Of a stretch of DNA of 64,000 nucleotides, positions 36,371-46,523 are shown in pieces (positions within the stretch are counted from its first letter, which is position 1; the number at the start of each line of letters is the position of its first letter). The translations under genes and the position numbers were made by a program. Where the stretch lies: positions 124,001 through 188,000 of IMG/VR virus record IMGVR_UViG_3300036770_004723, one strand, 5' to 3'. The notes beneath the pieces were generated by a model that searched no databases, had not been told where the DNA came from, and saw only the letters and a program-made list of their open reading frames with translations.

Positions 36371-36838
36371 TTGGATTCTTTTATTTATTGGTTACTTTTC
36401 AATAAGCCTAAATTAAAAATGGTGTGGGTTTTTCATAAACCTGTATACAGTATCGTATACAGGAAAGAATTAGTTGTGCCATTACTTGAAAAATATAATA
36501 AAGGTGAAGGCAAATTTAACACTTTGCCTTTTTTAAAACTTGATATAGATAAACGTACTGGCTTCTTTTATAAGATCGAAGATCAATTGTTTTGTCCTAA
36601 ACAACTAGGTGATTGTTTAGTTCAATGTCTTAAAGATCTTTTCGTCTTTTATACAAAAAGATTTGTAAGTATTGAAGATAGATCTGATATGTTAGCGGAC
36701 TGTGATTCTTTATGCAGTAATCTAGTACCTACTTATCTATTAGAGGGTATGTACCACCCATTTGATATGTATTTTAAATTTTTCGCTACTTCCGAAGAAA
36801 ATAAACAGTACCCAAGGAATAACAATGATCTCAATTAA
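36371..36838 (+). CDS. Hypothetical protein
   Basis: TTG start after GGAG, directly after the upstream stop. Confidence 0.6.
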   Translation: MDSFIYWLLFNKPKLKMVWVFHKPVYSIVYRKELVVPLLEKYNKGEGKFNTLPFLKLDIDKRTGFFYKIEDQLFCPKQLGDCLVQCLKDLFVFYTKRFVSIEDRSDMLADCDSLCSNLVPTYLLEGMYHPFDMYFKFFATSEENKQYPRNNNDLN

Positions 36839-37538
36839 AAATCTCACTATTAATAGTTGGACAAAACAATTTGCATTTACTCCAGTAAACTATGTAGAAC
36901 AAATTGACCAAAGTACTGTTAAGCAGACTCGCATTTGGTTAGAAAATTACTGGCAGCGTATTTCGATTAATAGATCAGATAGATCATTAAAGACTAATGT
37001 TTTAACTTGCGATCAATATAAACATTTATGGTTAATGGAAACATTACCTCATATAATTATGCGATCTTACTTAGTTAATGATTTTGATCGTGATCTTACA
37101 ACATTTAGCTGTGACATAAAAAATTATATTGAAGGGAAAACTGATGGTCGTGAAGAATTTTCAGGCGTTTTTCCTATAGTAGAACATGCTAAAACTCTTT
37201 ATCTTAAGTACCATGATACAGGATTAATAGGGCAAGAGGTACTGGTAAAGGAATCAGGTCTTACTTATGTAGATTTTGAATTTACGTATTTACTTCGTAT
37301 TTTAGAATCTATGGAACTTAAAGAAGGCTTTGGTTATACTGAAGTATTGCAAGCTCTTTTAGATAGCTCTCACTTTAAAGATGGTACATTTGTTACCAAA
37401 GCTAATTATTTGAAATCTTTAATTGCTGAAGATCGCTTAAACATTTCGCAAGTACGATCTAAAAACAAAAGATATATTGAAATTCTGCATAAAAACAAAA
37501 CAGTTGACACTATAATTGATTTAGAGGATAGTAAATGA
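36825..37538 (+). CDS. Hypothetical protein
   Basis: AAGGA SD, ATG at 36825. Confidence 0.7.
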   Translation: MISIKNLTINSWTKQFAFTPVNYVEQIDQSTVKQTRIWLENYWQRISINRSDRSLKTNVLTCDQYKHLWLMETLPHIIMRSYLVNDFDRDLTTFSCDIKNYIEGKTDGREEFSGVFPIVEHAKTLYLKYHDTGLIGQEVLVKESGLTYVDFEFTYLLRILESMELKEGFGYTEVLQALLDSSHFKDGTFVTKANYLKSLIAEDRLNISQVRSKNKRYIEILHKNKTVDTIIDLEDSK

Positions 37539-37720
37539 ATTTAAATCGTTTAAATGAATTGCTTATGGATCCAAATTTAGATCTACCTTACCATAGAAGG
37601 AGAGTAGACAAAAGTGGACAAAATTTAGTATGGTTGAATAAACATATTCAACAAAGAAATGCAATAAGTCAAGAACTAAAGACCTTACTATCTAAAAGTA
37701 TTTTTGAACTAACCCGTTAA
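37535..37720 (+). CDS. Small hypothetical protein (61 aa)
   Basis: GAGGA SD; start overlaps the upstream stop region. Confidence 0.65.
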   Translation: MNLNRLNELLMDPNLDLPYHRRRVDKSGQNLVWLNKHIQQRNAISQELKTLLSKSIFELTR

Positions 37721-37762
37721 AAATGTAAAAGGCAAAGGAATGCCTTTAACTTGGAATATATT

Positions 37763-38545
37763 ATGAACAATTTACCTGTATTGTTTAACTGGGATAACAT
37801 TGATAATTGCGACTTAGAGACTCAAATGCACCATTATCAACACCAGATAGAAAAATGTGGAATATTTTTGAAAGGGTTTGATTCAACTATAGAAGAAATA
37901 AAAAATTTTGCTTCAAAAGATTATGAAGTTCAAGATTTAAGTATGGAATTGACCAAAATACAAATACAAATAGATTTAGCTAGAGAGCAACTTAGCTTAC
38001 AAGCTAACTCAAGTGAATCAGATGAAAATGGGTCAGATGAAGATAAATTTAATGATGAAGATAAAGTTACTCTAGCATGTGAGAAAAAACGAAGATCTAG
38101 ATTAAAGAAACGTATCGCCAAATTGCTACATCCAGATAAAACAGGCAGTAATTTTAATAGTGCTATGTACGACCATGCTATGCAATTACTGGATACTTTT
38201 CAGTATACAGAACTTGAAGCATTACTTGATGATCTAGAAAAATCAAAAAGTAATACAGCAAGTAAGTTTAGCAAAAAGCAGGCAAGAGAACGTCTTGAAC
38301 ACGTTGTTAATAATCTTAAGCTTAGATTCAGTTATTTAATGTCTGAAATAGAAGATAAAATTAGATCTTCTGATGGAACCTTATTTGATATTTATCAAAA
38401 ACAGGGTAGGCTTTGTTATCAACATATTGTCATCATACGTAATATTCAATACCAAAATATTAGTGAAGCAAAAACCGAATTAATGATTCTTAGACAAAGA
38501 TTAAAAAACTTGAAAAATGATGCAGATGAATTTACTGTAATCTAG
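37763..38545 (+). CDS. J-domain (DnaJ-like) coiled-coil protein
   Basis: LKKRIAKLLHPDKTG (HPD motif) flanked by coiled coils; alternative TTG start at 37751. Confidence 0.75.
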   Translation: MNNLPVLFNWDNIDNCDLETQMHHYQHQIEKCGIFLKGFDSTIEEIKNFASKDYEVQDLSMELTKIQIQIDLAREQLSLQANSSESDENGSDEDKFNDEDKVTLACEKKRRSRLKKRIAKLLHPDKTGSNFNSAMYDHAMQLLDTFQYTELEALLDDLEKSKSNTASKFSKKQARERLEHVVNNLKLRFSYLMSEIEDKIRSSDGTLFDIYQKQGRLCYQHIVIIRNIQYQNISEAKTELMILRQRLKNLKNDADEFTVI

Positions 38546-38624
38546 GTCTTCCTGCCAAATAAATCGCATATTCTCCATAATTTATTATCATACTTAAAAG
38601 TATTTTAAAACGGAGCAATTTGCG

Positions 38625-40283
38625 ATGTCTATGATTAATCCTTCCAATCCGGCTCCTGGCGTCTATGGTTACTTAAAAGATGCTAGTGAGCGTTTTCCAG
38701 CAGTTAGTTCAAGCATACCGGCTTTTGTAGGTGAAGCAGAGCGTGGCGACGTAGGTGTTGCCACTCTTTGTTTTGATCGTGAAGATCGTCGATCAAAATT
38801 TGGAACCCTAGACCCACAGAAATATGGATTTAGTGGTTACTGTCTTGATCGTACTTTACGAAATACAAATCGCGCATACTTTGTTCGTGTAGTTAACCAA
38901 GCACTTACGGCATTTGCTTGGTTAACTGTTGACGATCCTAACGCTACCAATCCAATAATTCGCTTAACAAATAATAGTGAAGCCGGATCTAGTATCCCTT
39001 CAGGTAACGAAGATCCATTTAAAAATATTGGATTTGTTGCTACTAATGCAGGTATTAGAAATGTCACCGGTTTTTTCTGCGCTAGAAATCCAGGCGACTG
39101 GAATAATAAGATTACAGTTGCTGTAGGGCCAAGTAATCCCGCAGGTGTACCTATCAGAACAAATGGTCACAATCCAAAACATTTCAACGTGTATGTTTAT
39201 TATGGTACTTTTGTTGCTGGTGTCATGCCAGTTGAAAAATTTACTGTAAGTCTGGATTATGAAGTTAATGCTGATGGTCAGCAAATGTACATCGAAGAAG
39301 TAATCAACAACAAGAGTCAATTCATTAAGTTTAAACATAATGAAATTCACGGAGCTAGATACGAATTCGTTACTTCTGCACATGAAACACTTGATGGCGG
39401 CACTAATGGACAACGTGCAACCGTAAATCAAATTCGTGAAGCATGGGAACTTTACGCAGATCCTGAAAGAATCGAAGTTAGCCTGTTAGTAAATAGTGGT
39501 TATACTCACCATCTTATTCAACATAAGATGTTAGAAATTGCTGAGCGTCGTGGAGATGCTTACGCTATTCTAGATGTTCCTAGTAATATGCAAGAAGTTT
39601 CCGATGCTGTTTCATACCGCAAACAAACGTTAAATGCCAATACTTACTTTGGCGGCATTTACGGACCTGATGTTTTAATCTATGATGAATTCACTGATAG
39701 AAGATTTTATATTCCGATCAGTGGTGATGTTGCCCAACGTTGGGCATATACTGCATCAAATAGATTTCTTTGGTTTGCTGCTGCTGGTATGGAAAACGGC
39801 ATTTTGCAGAACGTATCGGGTGTACGTGTTGAGTACGATCAAGGTGGAAGGGATGCTCTTGAATCTGCTCAAGTAAACTACGTGCGTAAACTTCCTGATG
39901 GTCAAGGTTTTGCGCTTTGGTCTCAAAATACTCTATATGCTAGAGCCAGCGCTTTACGTGATGCAAACGTTGTTGCTTTAAGTCTTTATATTCTTAAAGC
40001 AAGTAAAATTTATACTGAGAATCGTTTATTTGACCCTAATGATTCTTTCTTACGTGCTATGGTGAAACAAAGCGCGGATGATTTTATGCGACCTATTCTA
40101 CAAGGCCGTGGTGTGGAGTGGTTTGAAAACCGCTGCGATGAAAAAAATAATCCTGTGGATGTTGTAGCTAATGGCGATCTTATTTTGGATATGATTTATG
40201 ATCCAACAATTGCCACTAAACGGGTTCACGTTCGTTTTAATATCAATCCTAAAGGCAGTCGCTTTACAGGTGTAGATTCTTAA
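38625..40283 (+). CDS. Contractile tail sheath protein
   Basis: PGVY, AFVGEAERG, YFVRV, PGDWNN, LDGG, WFAAAG, FDPND, CDEKNNP sheath motifs. Confidence 0.92.
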   Translation: MSMINPSNPAPGVYGYLKDASERFPAVSSSIPAFVGEAERGDVGVATLCFDREDRRSKFGTLDPQKYGFSGYCLDRTLRNTNRAYFVRVVNQALTAFAWLTVDDPNATNPIIRLTNNSEAGSSIPSGNEDPFKNIGFVATNAGIRNVTGFFCARNPGDWNNKITVAVGPSNPAGVPIRTNGHNPKHFNVYVYYGTFVAGVMPVEKFTVSLDYEVNADGQQMYIEEVINNKSQFIKFKHNEIHGARYEFVTSAHETLDGGTNGQRATVNQIREAWELYADPERIEVSLLVNSGYTHHLIQHKMLEIAERRGDAYAILDVPSNMQEVSDAVSYRKQTLNANTYFGGIYGPDVLIYDEFTDRRFYIPISGDVAQRWAYTASNRFLWFAAAGMENGILQNVSGVRVEYDQGGRDALESAQVNYVRKLPDGQGFALWSQNTLYARASALRDANVVALSLYILKASKIYTENRLFDPNDSFLRAMVKQSADDFMRPILQGRGVEWFENRCDEKNNPVDVVANGDLILDMIYDPTIATKRVHVRFNINPKGSRFTGVDS

Positions 40284-40296
40284 CGGAGATAAAATA

Positions 40297-40956
40297 ATGG
40301 CAAATCCCGCAATGGAGTTACGTTTAGAGAAGTTTATTTCTAGTGCTGAGGTAATCAGCAATATGAGTGACTTAAATAATGAAACTCCTGTGGCATTGCG
40401 TTATCAAGATCCACAAACACTACAGACAATTACATTCGTATGTAGTCAGGTAGAACCCACTAAAATGGTTTTACCTGCCAATGTTGTGTGGATTAATTTT
40501 GATCGCAATAGTCCTTACTACAAACAAGCTTTAAAGCGTACTTCTAAAAATAAAGGTTCTCACCTACAGTACGAACATAGTTGGGAAGTACTGTATTTTT
40601 ATACAAACGTATTTGATAATCAGTTCTATTATCCAGAAGATCTTGCAGACTTAGATGATGAACGTGTTGGACCTGCTTCAGTAGATAAAGCAGGTATCGC
40701 AAAACTCAATGAAGCACCTTTAGAATCTAATTCCCCTCGCTTAATCAGCGAAGGACATTACACTCTTGAGAATAATCGTGATCCTAAAGAACACGAACAC
40801 GCTGAAAAGCCTGCAACAAAATTAAAAACAATCAGTTCTTTTGTGAACATAGTCAACCAACCTAATCCATTAATAGGTATGGCATTAGTGTGCGATAGTC
40901 ATTTAACTGCTAGTTGGCGCAAGCTTACTGAAGCAGACATAAACATGGGAGTTTGA
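40297..40956 (+). CDS. Tail/fibre-associated protein (paralogue 1)
   Basis: Shares the CS..EP....NV.W...S..YK..L.R domain and an HxH-type motif with the next two ORFs. Confidence 0.72.
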   Translation: MANPAMELRLEKFISSAEVISNMSDLNNETPVALRYQDPQTLQTITFVCSQVEPTKMVLPANVVWINFDRNSPYYKQALKRTSKNKGSHLQYEHSWEVLYFYTNVFDNQFYYPEDLADLDDERVGPASVDKAGIAKLNEAPLESNSPRLISEGHYTLENNRDPKEHEHAEKPATKLKTISSFVNIVNQPNPLIGMALVCDSHLTASWRKLTEADINMGV

Positions 40957-40957
40957 T

Positions 40958-41968
40958 ATGGATGCAAGACAAACTCAATTCGTTCAAGCTCTAACAGAAT
41001 TCAGTCAGGTAGAAAATTTAAATCCGGCAAAACCTGTTATTGTAAAAAGAACGAATAGTGTTTTAGGTAAGACAAATTTCTTTGTTTGCTCTAAAACAGA
41101 ACCTAAAGATCTTAAGCTACCTATGAACGTTATGTGGGTTGATTATAATCGTTTAAGTTTGCGTTATAAACAAATACTTAAACGTGTTAATAAAAATCCA
41201 GATCTTCTTTATGGTACTGATCATACTTATGTAGCCGTGACCTCATTCAATGACATGTGGTTTGATCACTTTTATGATCAAGATGATGAACCTTCTGGAT
41301 TTTATGATTTAGCTAGTGAAGAACGTATCGGTATTTTTACATTGTCACGTACACCTAATCTCGATGCGCAAAATCCTGTTGTAGTTACTTCTACTGATCT
41401 TCGTAATACTGATCGCCGCGTTCCATTGCCTCATGAAGGTATGCACGAAGAAATTCCAGCATCAATGTTAAAAACAGCAACAACTTCAAAAATAGTAAAC
41501 ATTGCTAACGGTGATGCTGAAGCACATTACGCACTTATTGCAAATGAATTAGGTAATAGTAATTACAGAAAATTACATATTTCTGAAGTGCATGAACCTT
41601 CACCTAACGAAACACCTAAATCAAGTTCATTGTTATTTGATCCTGTTTACACAGCAGAATTATTTATACCTGAGTTCACTTTAACCGATAGATCTTCAGG
41701 TGTGTCCTTTGTTGAAGCCCGTACTTTTACAGTTGCCTTAAAAGCATTTGGTTCAAGCAATGCGGACACAGAACATCGAAGATACTTAGGGACGTTTTTT
41801 CCAAATTCCATTACAGTAAGACACAACAACGTTATTCAAACCATTAGTAATAATCAATTCGTTGCCAATCAAATTGGCATTTATAGTATTCTTGCTGAAT
41901 TAGTTGACGTTAACGGAATTAGTAGCGTTCAAGTTGAAGGATCTATTACAGTTGTAGGGGCAATATGA
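40958..41968 (+). CDS. Tail/fibre-associated protein (paralogue 2)
   Basis: Same N-terminal domain plus a C-terminal beta-rich extension. Confidence 0.72.
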   Translation: MDARQTQFVQALTEFSQVENLNPAKPVIVKRTNSVLGKTNFFVCSKTEPKDLKLPMNVMWVDYNRLSLRYKQILKRVNKNPDLLYGTDHTYVAVTSFNDMWFDHFYDQDDEPSGFYDLASEERIGIFTLSRTPNLDAQNPVVVTSTDLRNTDRRVPLPHEGMHEEIPASMLKTATTSKIVNIANGDAEAHYALIANELGNSNYRKLHISEVHEPSPNETPKSSSLLFDPVYTAELFIPEFTLTDRSSGVSFVEARTFTVALKAFGSSNADTEHRRYLGTFFPNSITVRHNNVIQTISNNQFVANQIGIYSILAELVDVNGISSVQVEGSITVVGAI

Positions 41969-44589
41969 TGACACTACAAGAATTTATTGATAAACATTTT
42001 CAACTTTGTTCTTATCGCGGAATCGATCCATTAAATCCAATAGATTTTATTATCCAACCTAGCGCAAATGTAAATCAAACTTGGACATTATTGTGTAGCG
42101 TAAGTGAACCTACATTTTCACGGGTTGCTTATAATATTTTGTGGATGCCACTAGATCCTGCTGACTCTAATTACAAAAAGATTTTAATCAGAAAAGACCA
42201 TGAAACCAATAACATGGGATATAGATCATTTTGGGAAGTGATTGACACTTATGAAAATCTGTGGAAAGAAGTTCAGTATTGGATTCCGGTTATAACAGAT
42301 CCTTTCCTGTTAGGCATTACAGATCTTAATGAAGGTATTGGTCCTGCCACTACTCAAGTTTTAGGTCTTGCTTACCTTGAAGGGAATCCTGTAGATCCAG
42401 AATCAGGATTAAAGCAACCTGTTTCACCTATTGCAATTGAACATAATGATATTCGTATGTCTAATCCTAGATACCCGAATTTTCATACACATCCAGACTA
42501 CGCAAGAACTAAGATCAAGATCAATGACACTCAGTACGCATTAGTTTCCACTAGTTTTGTTCCAGAAGCTGGGATGCTTTTATTTATTGAAGGTGTAAAT
42601 CCTGAAAATAGTAACGAATTTATTGCTGTGTGGCGTTATCCTAGATCTGCTGATATTACATTTATAGATAGAAGTCTTGTCAGTATTATGATTTCAGGTG
42701 CAAATATTGTCGATGAACAATCTGTCGAACAGTATGAAGTTTGGGCTACTTTTGCAGATGGTGCCACACGTAAAGTAACACCTAATGTTTTTAAAAATGT
42801 GCAGAATACTTCAAGTGCCAGTATTACCATTAATGGCGTATTGACAACAAATGATATTGCTGTGGATAGTAATATCACACTTGAAGCTTCTTACACATTT
42901 AAAGGTATTACAAAAATCGCGCAGAAACCTGTGACTGTAGTAGCAGGTTTGGAAGTTCTATCAATTGAAATACTAGGCTCAGACGAAGTTCTGGAAAAAA
43001 CAACCAGTAATCCATATTCTGTTCGCGCCTCGTTTAGCGATAACACGCAAAGCATTGTAACACCTCAAACATTTACAAGTAGTAATACAGTGCTTGCACC
43101 TTTAAATGCAAGTCGTAGTATTGTGGCCACAGAAGCAAATGGTGATACTCAAATTGTTTTAACTGCTACCTACATGTTTGCAGGAAAAACAGTAAATGCC
43201 ACAAAACCTGTATTAATAAAAGAAGAACCTGTAGTGCCTGTTTCATTGGCAATACTTGGCCCTAGTCCTTCGACTATGTTAGAAGGTACAAACTTCACAT
43301 TTAAATTCCGTGTAAGCTACAGTAATGGCGATCAAGTTGTCAAAGATGTTATTAATAGTTTCAGCAGTACAAATAATTCTGTTCTTTCAGTAGCACAAAC
43401 CACAACTGCTGTGGGAACTGCTGGGCTAGTAACAGCAAATACAACAGTACGATTGAATGGTACTTATGTAGAAGGTGGAACAACTGTTAGCGCTAGTTTA
43501 GATGTTCTTGTTACTGACGTAGCTGTTCCTACTTCTGCTGAAATTTTTAACGGTTTAACAACCTTTTTTGAAAACCAGCCGCAGGTATATAGAGGCCGGA
43601 TCAAATTCGATAACAATACAACTATAACAGTTAATGATAGCACTAAAACAGTGTGGTCGATTGTTAATGGTGCATCTTACGTTACTATAGCAGAACACCC
43701 AACTGATGGATCATTAGTTCTGACACCTAATGACATTACAGCAGATCAATCAGTACGTATACGACTGGTCGCTACCTACAATGGTCAAGATTTTACTGTT
43801 GAACAAAACTTAACTATACGTGCCAGATTGAACACACCTAATACTTTAAAAATATTTGAAGAAAATATACTGCCTGCCAATTTTGATAGTGCTGTATCAA
43901 GCATTGATATAAATGCAGGATCTTCAAGTAAATTTAAATTTGCTGCCAAAATGTCCTTTACTCCAACGCAATGGTCTGCAATCAATGCAAGTGACACTAA
44001 ACTAACCTTTAGTATTGCTAGTCCAAATTATGGTGTAACTGTTGTAGTAGATGATCAAGATCCTACAAAAGTTAAAGTGGAAGTTCCTTCAGATTTACCG
44101 CAAAATCGAAGTGTGCAGTTAATTGCTTCATACACCAATGACGGATCTTCTGCGAATGCAAGTTACACGATCAATGCTAAAGTTGTATCTACTGATATAA
44201 CTCCAAGGTTTGGTATTGCACCTACTCAACAATTGGTAGCAGATTACGGAACTCCAGCATTTTATAATCTGTTAACTGGATCTTTAACAGGTGTAAACGG
44301 AGAGCAGTTTAGTGTAGGTATTGCAGAGGACATGGATCATCTAGGTTATATGATGTATCCAAAAGAATGGGGATATATTTATATTCAAAATACTTCAGAT
44401 CTTAATTATGGTGGTTGGGATGGAGGTAAGATAACTTATCAAGATGGTACGTTCGGTTCCCCTGCTGAAGTGACAGTTAACGGTAAAGCATATTATATTT
44501 ATCGTATGACATTCCCGGGATATACAGTTCCTACTACTTGGAAAGTTGTTAAGTACAATTCAAGTACACCTGATTCACATTTACCTTAG
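41965..44589 (+). CDS. Tail fibre/whisker protein with tandem Ig-like domains (paralogue 3)
   Basis: Same N-terminal domain; repeated SI.I.G...V.E....Y.V.A.FSD ... L.ASYT Ig-like units. Confidence 0.78.
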   Translation: MMTLQEFIDKHFQLCSYRGIDPLNPIDFIIQPSANVNQTWTLLCSVSEPTFSRVAYNILWMPLDPADSNYKKILIRKDHETNNMGYRSFWEVIDTYENLWKEVQYWIPVITDPFLLGITDLNEGIGPATTQVLGLAYLEGNPVDPESGLKQPVSPIAIEHNDIRMSNPRYPNFHTHPDYARTKIKINDTQYALVSTSFVPEAGMLLFIEGVNPENSNEFIAVWRYPRSADITFIDRSLVSIMISGANIVDEQSVEQYEVWATFADGATRKVTPNVFKNVQNTSSASITINGVLTTNDIAVDSNITLEASYTFKGITKIAQKPVTVVAGLEVLSIEILGSDEVLEKTTSNPYSVRASFSDNTQSIVTPQTFTSSNTVLAPLNASRSIVATEANGDTQIVLTATYMFAGKTVNATKPVLIKEEPVVPVSLAILGPSPSTMLEGTNFTFKFRVSYSNGDQVVKDVINSFSSTNNSVLSVAQTTTAVGTAGLVTANTTVRLNGTYVEGGTTVSASLDVLVTDVAVPTSAEIFNGLTTFFENQPQVYRGRIKFDNNTTITVNDSTKTVWSIVNGASYVTIAEHPTDGSLVLTPNDITADQSVRIRLVATYNGQDFTVEQNLTIRARLNTPNTLKIFEENILPANFDSAVSSIDINAGSSSKFKFAAKMSFTPTQWSAINASDTKLTFSIASPNYGVTVVVDDQDPTKVKVEVPSDLPQNRSVQLIASYTNDGSSANASYTINAKVVSTDITPRFGIAPTQQLVADYGTPAFYNLLTGSLTGVNGEQFSVGIAEDMDHLGYMMYPKEWGYIYIQNTSDLNYGGWDGGKITYQDGTFGSPAEVTVNGKAYYIYRMTFPGYTVPTTWKVVKYNSSTPDSHLP

Positions 44590-44601
44590 GAGAACAATTT
44601 C

Positions 44602-45411
44602 ATGCCTGTAGCTGCTGCTGATTTCTTTTCACCTGCTACCAGATATGTTCCTTTTGTTCTAGAAGATACTTATTTCAAAGGAGGCTATCGTGTTTTTAAC
44701 ACGATAGCTGACCGAGATAAATATCTTACTGATGCCAAACTTTTAAGCTTTGGTGGTACAATAGAAAGATCTGATAGTAGAAAACCTATGATGTTATGCG
44801 GTGTAATTGAAACACCAAACATCATATATAAACTTGATGCTACGAAAGAAAAATGGGAAGTCTTAGAGTTTGGTACAAAATTTAAAACTGAAACCCCTTT
44901 AGATTTTATAGGACCCGATAAAGACAAATTAAGCATAGACCCTAACTATTTGTTACCTCAAGAAGGTAGAGGTCCAAATAAAATTTTGACTATAAGACAA
45001 GATGGTTCCTTGGGTTGGGAACTTCGCGGAGGTATTGCAGGAGTACGTGTTACAAAAACTTATCAGCCCCTGAATTCAATAGAGGCAGGAGAACAGCATA
45101 ATTTCGAATTAGATCTCGGAATGTCTGTTATGTTGTTGCATGTTGAATTAAACACCGTTGACATAGAGTTATTGGGCTTTACCGATAGTTCTCGACAAGA
45201 TCGCAACCCTTATCTTTTTAGAAGTAGTATAGATTTTATGAAAGATGAAGGTATGCGTTATGTTGATGGTGTTTATGAAAAACTTAGACGTTTTGCTTTT
45301 ATGGTAAATTTATCAGAAGAACCTAATAATCTGCAATACTTCTCTATGAAAAATGTAGGCGCTATTGGCGTTAAACCTACACTTAAGATAACTGCTTTAA
45401 CTTTACAATAA
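44602..45411 (+). CDS. Tail-associated protein
   Basis: AGGAG SD; KGGYRVF.TIADRD; tail operon context. Confidence 0.68.
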   Translation: MPVAAADFFSPATRYVPFVLEDTYFKGGYRVFNTIADRDKYLTDAKLLSFGGTIERSDSRKPMMLCGVIETPNIIYKLDATKEKWEVLEFGTKFKTETPLDFIGPDKDKLSIDPNYLLPQEGRGPNKILTIRQDGSLGWELRGGIAGVRVTKTYQPLNSIEAGEQHNFELDLGMSVMLLHVELNTVDIELLGFTDSSRQDRNPYLFRSSIDFMKDEGMRYVDGVYEKLRRFAFMVNLSEEPNNLQYFSMKNVGAIGVKPTLKITALTLQ

Positions 45412-45421
45412 CGGAGACTTT

Positions 45422-46513
45422 ATGCCAGGACATTCATATAAATCTGGTTATACAAATCTTCAGGTTATGATTCGAGATGTAGTTACTGATCTTAAATCAA
45501 TGGGATTTCAATTGCTAACAGCTTATACTGATGTAGCAAGAGGAGTTAACACTGCACCTAATCACGATGCAGCAACCTCGGTTTATGTATTGGCACCGAC
45601 AAAAACAGTAGATCCCTTAGCTGTTGAAGAAGGCGATACATTGGATATTAACTACAGTCGAAGACAGCCTTGGAGAATTGTTATTCAAGTATTGGAATCT
45701 ACTAGAACCTTAAGTTTTTGGGTTTGTACTCCATTACAAATAATTCAAAATGGATCAGGAGTTATTAGTGTCGCAGCTTATGAAAATTCTTTAACAGGAA
45801 GAAAAGATAGCGGCTTTCTTAATACAAATAATTCTGTATCAATTAATAACAAAGCTCAACATTTCTTTGTTGGTAAGAAAAACGTAGATAACTTAGTGTG
45901 GCCTTGTTTTGACGGTGAAAACCTTGATTATCAAGGCTTACCTATGTCATATATTTTAAGTGTGACAGATCACGGCATTTTCTTCAATAGTTGGGCCGAA
46001 AGTTTTGATAGTAAAGGAAACTGCTTTAACTGGTTTGTAGTACAACGGCTGGTAAAAGAAGACGGTTCAATATTGTTAGATGAAAAATCGCCACTGTTTT
46101 GTTTATTCAGTAAAAATGGTGGAGGCACTGACGATTCTAATACGTTGGATCCAAACGGAATTCAATATTTTGTTGTACGTGAAGAAGATATTTCTGCACC
46201 TGCGTCACCCCTATCCGCTGTGCAAGTAAGTGCAGATAGTTTTCCACTATTAAATCCAATACAACAAGTTGGTATGATGGTAAATCGTAATATTGTTATT
46301 CATTTCCCTAAAGGTGTGAATACACATAGATATTACTATCCCTATAAATTGGATATGATTGGTTACGTTAGTGCAGATCTTTTATCTCAAAAATCAGTAC
46401 AGCCTTTAACAATGTTTGGACAAAACAGAATGTACGAGGCTATACAATCAAACTCTGCATATAATAAAGGTATGCGTATTTGTTTTATTAAACAAGGTTC
46501 AGGTATTGTCTGA
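45422..46513 (+). CDS. Virion structural protein (paralogue of the next gene)
   Basis: LAPT.TVDPLA.E.GD...RQPWR, TDHG, KSPLFC, LDMI.Y.S, NKGMR shared with 46524. Confidence 0.75.
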   Translation: MPGHSYKSGYTNLQVMIRDVVTDLKSMGFQLLTAYTDVARGVNTAPNHDAATSVYVLAPTKTVDPLAVEEGDTLDINYSRRQPWRIVIQVLESTRTLSFWVCTPLQIIQNGSGVISVAAYENSLTGRKDSGFLNTNNSVSINNKAQHFFVGKKNVDNLVWPCFDGENLDYQGLPMSYILSVTDHGIFFNSWAESFDSKGNCFNWFVVQRLVKEDGSILLDEKSPLFCLFSKNGGGTDDSNTLDPNGIQYFVVREEDISAPASPLSAVQVSADSFPLLNPIQQVGMMVNRNIVIHFPKGVNTHRYYYPYKLDMIGYVSADLLSQKSVQPLTMFGQNRMYEAIQSNSAYNKGMRICFIKQGSGIV

Positions 46514-46523
46514 GGAGACTATA

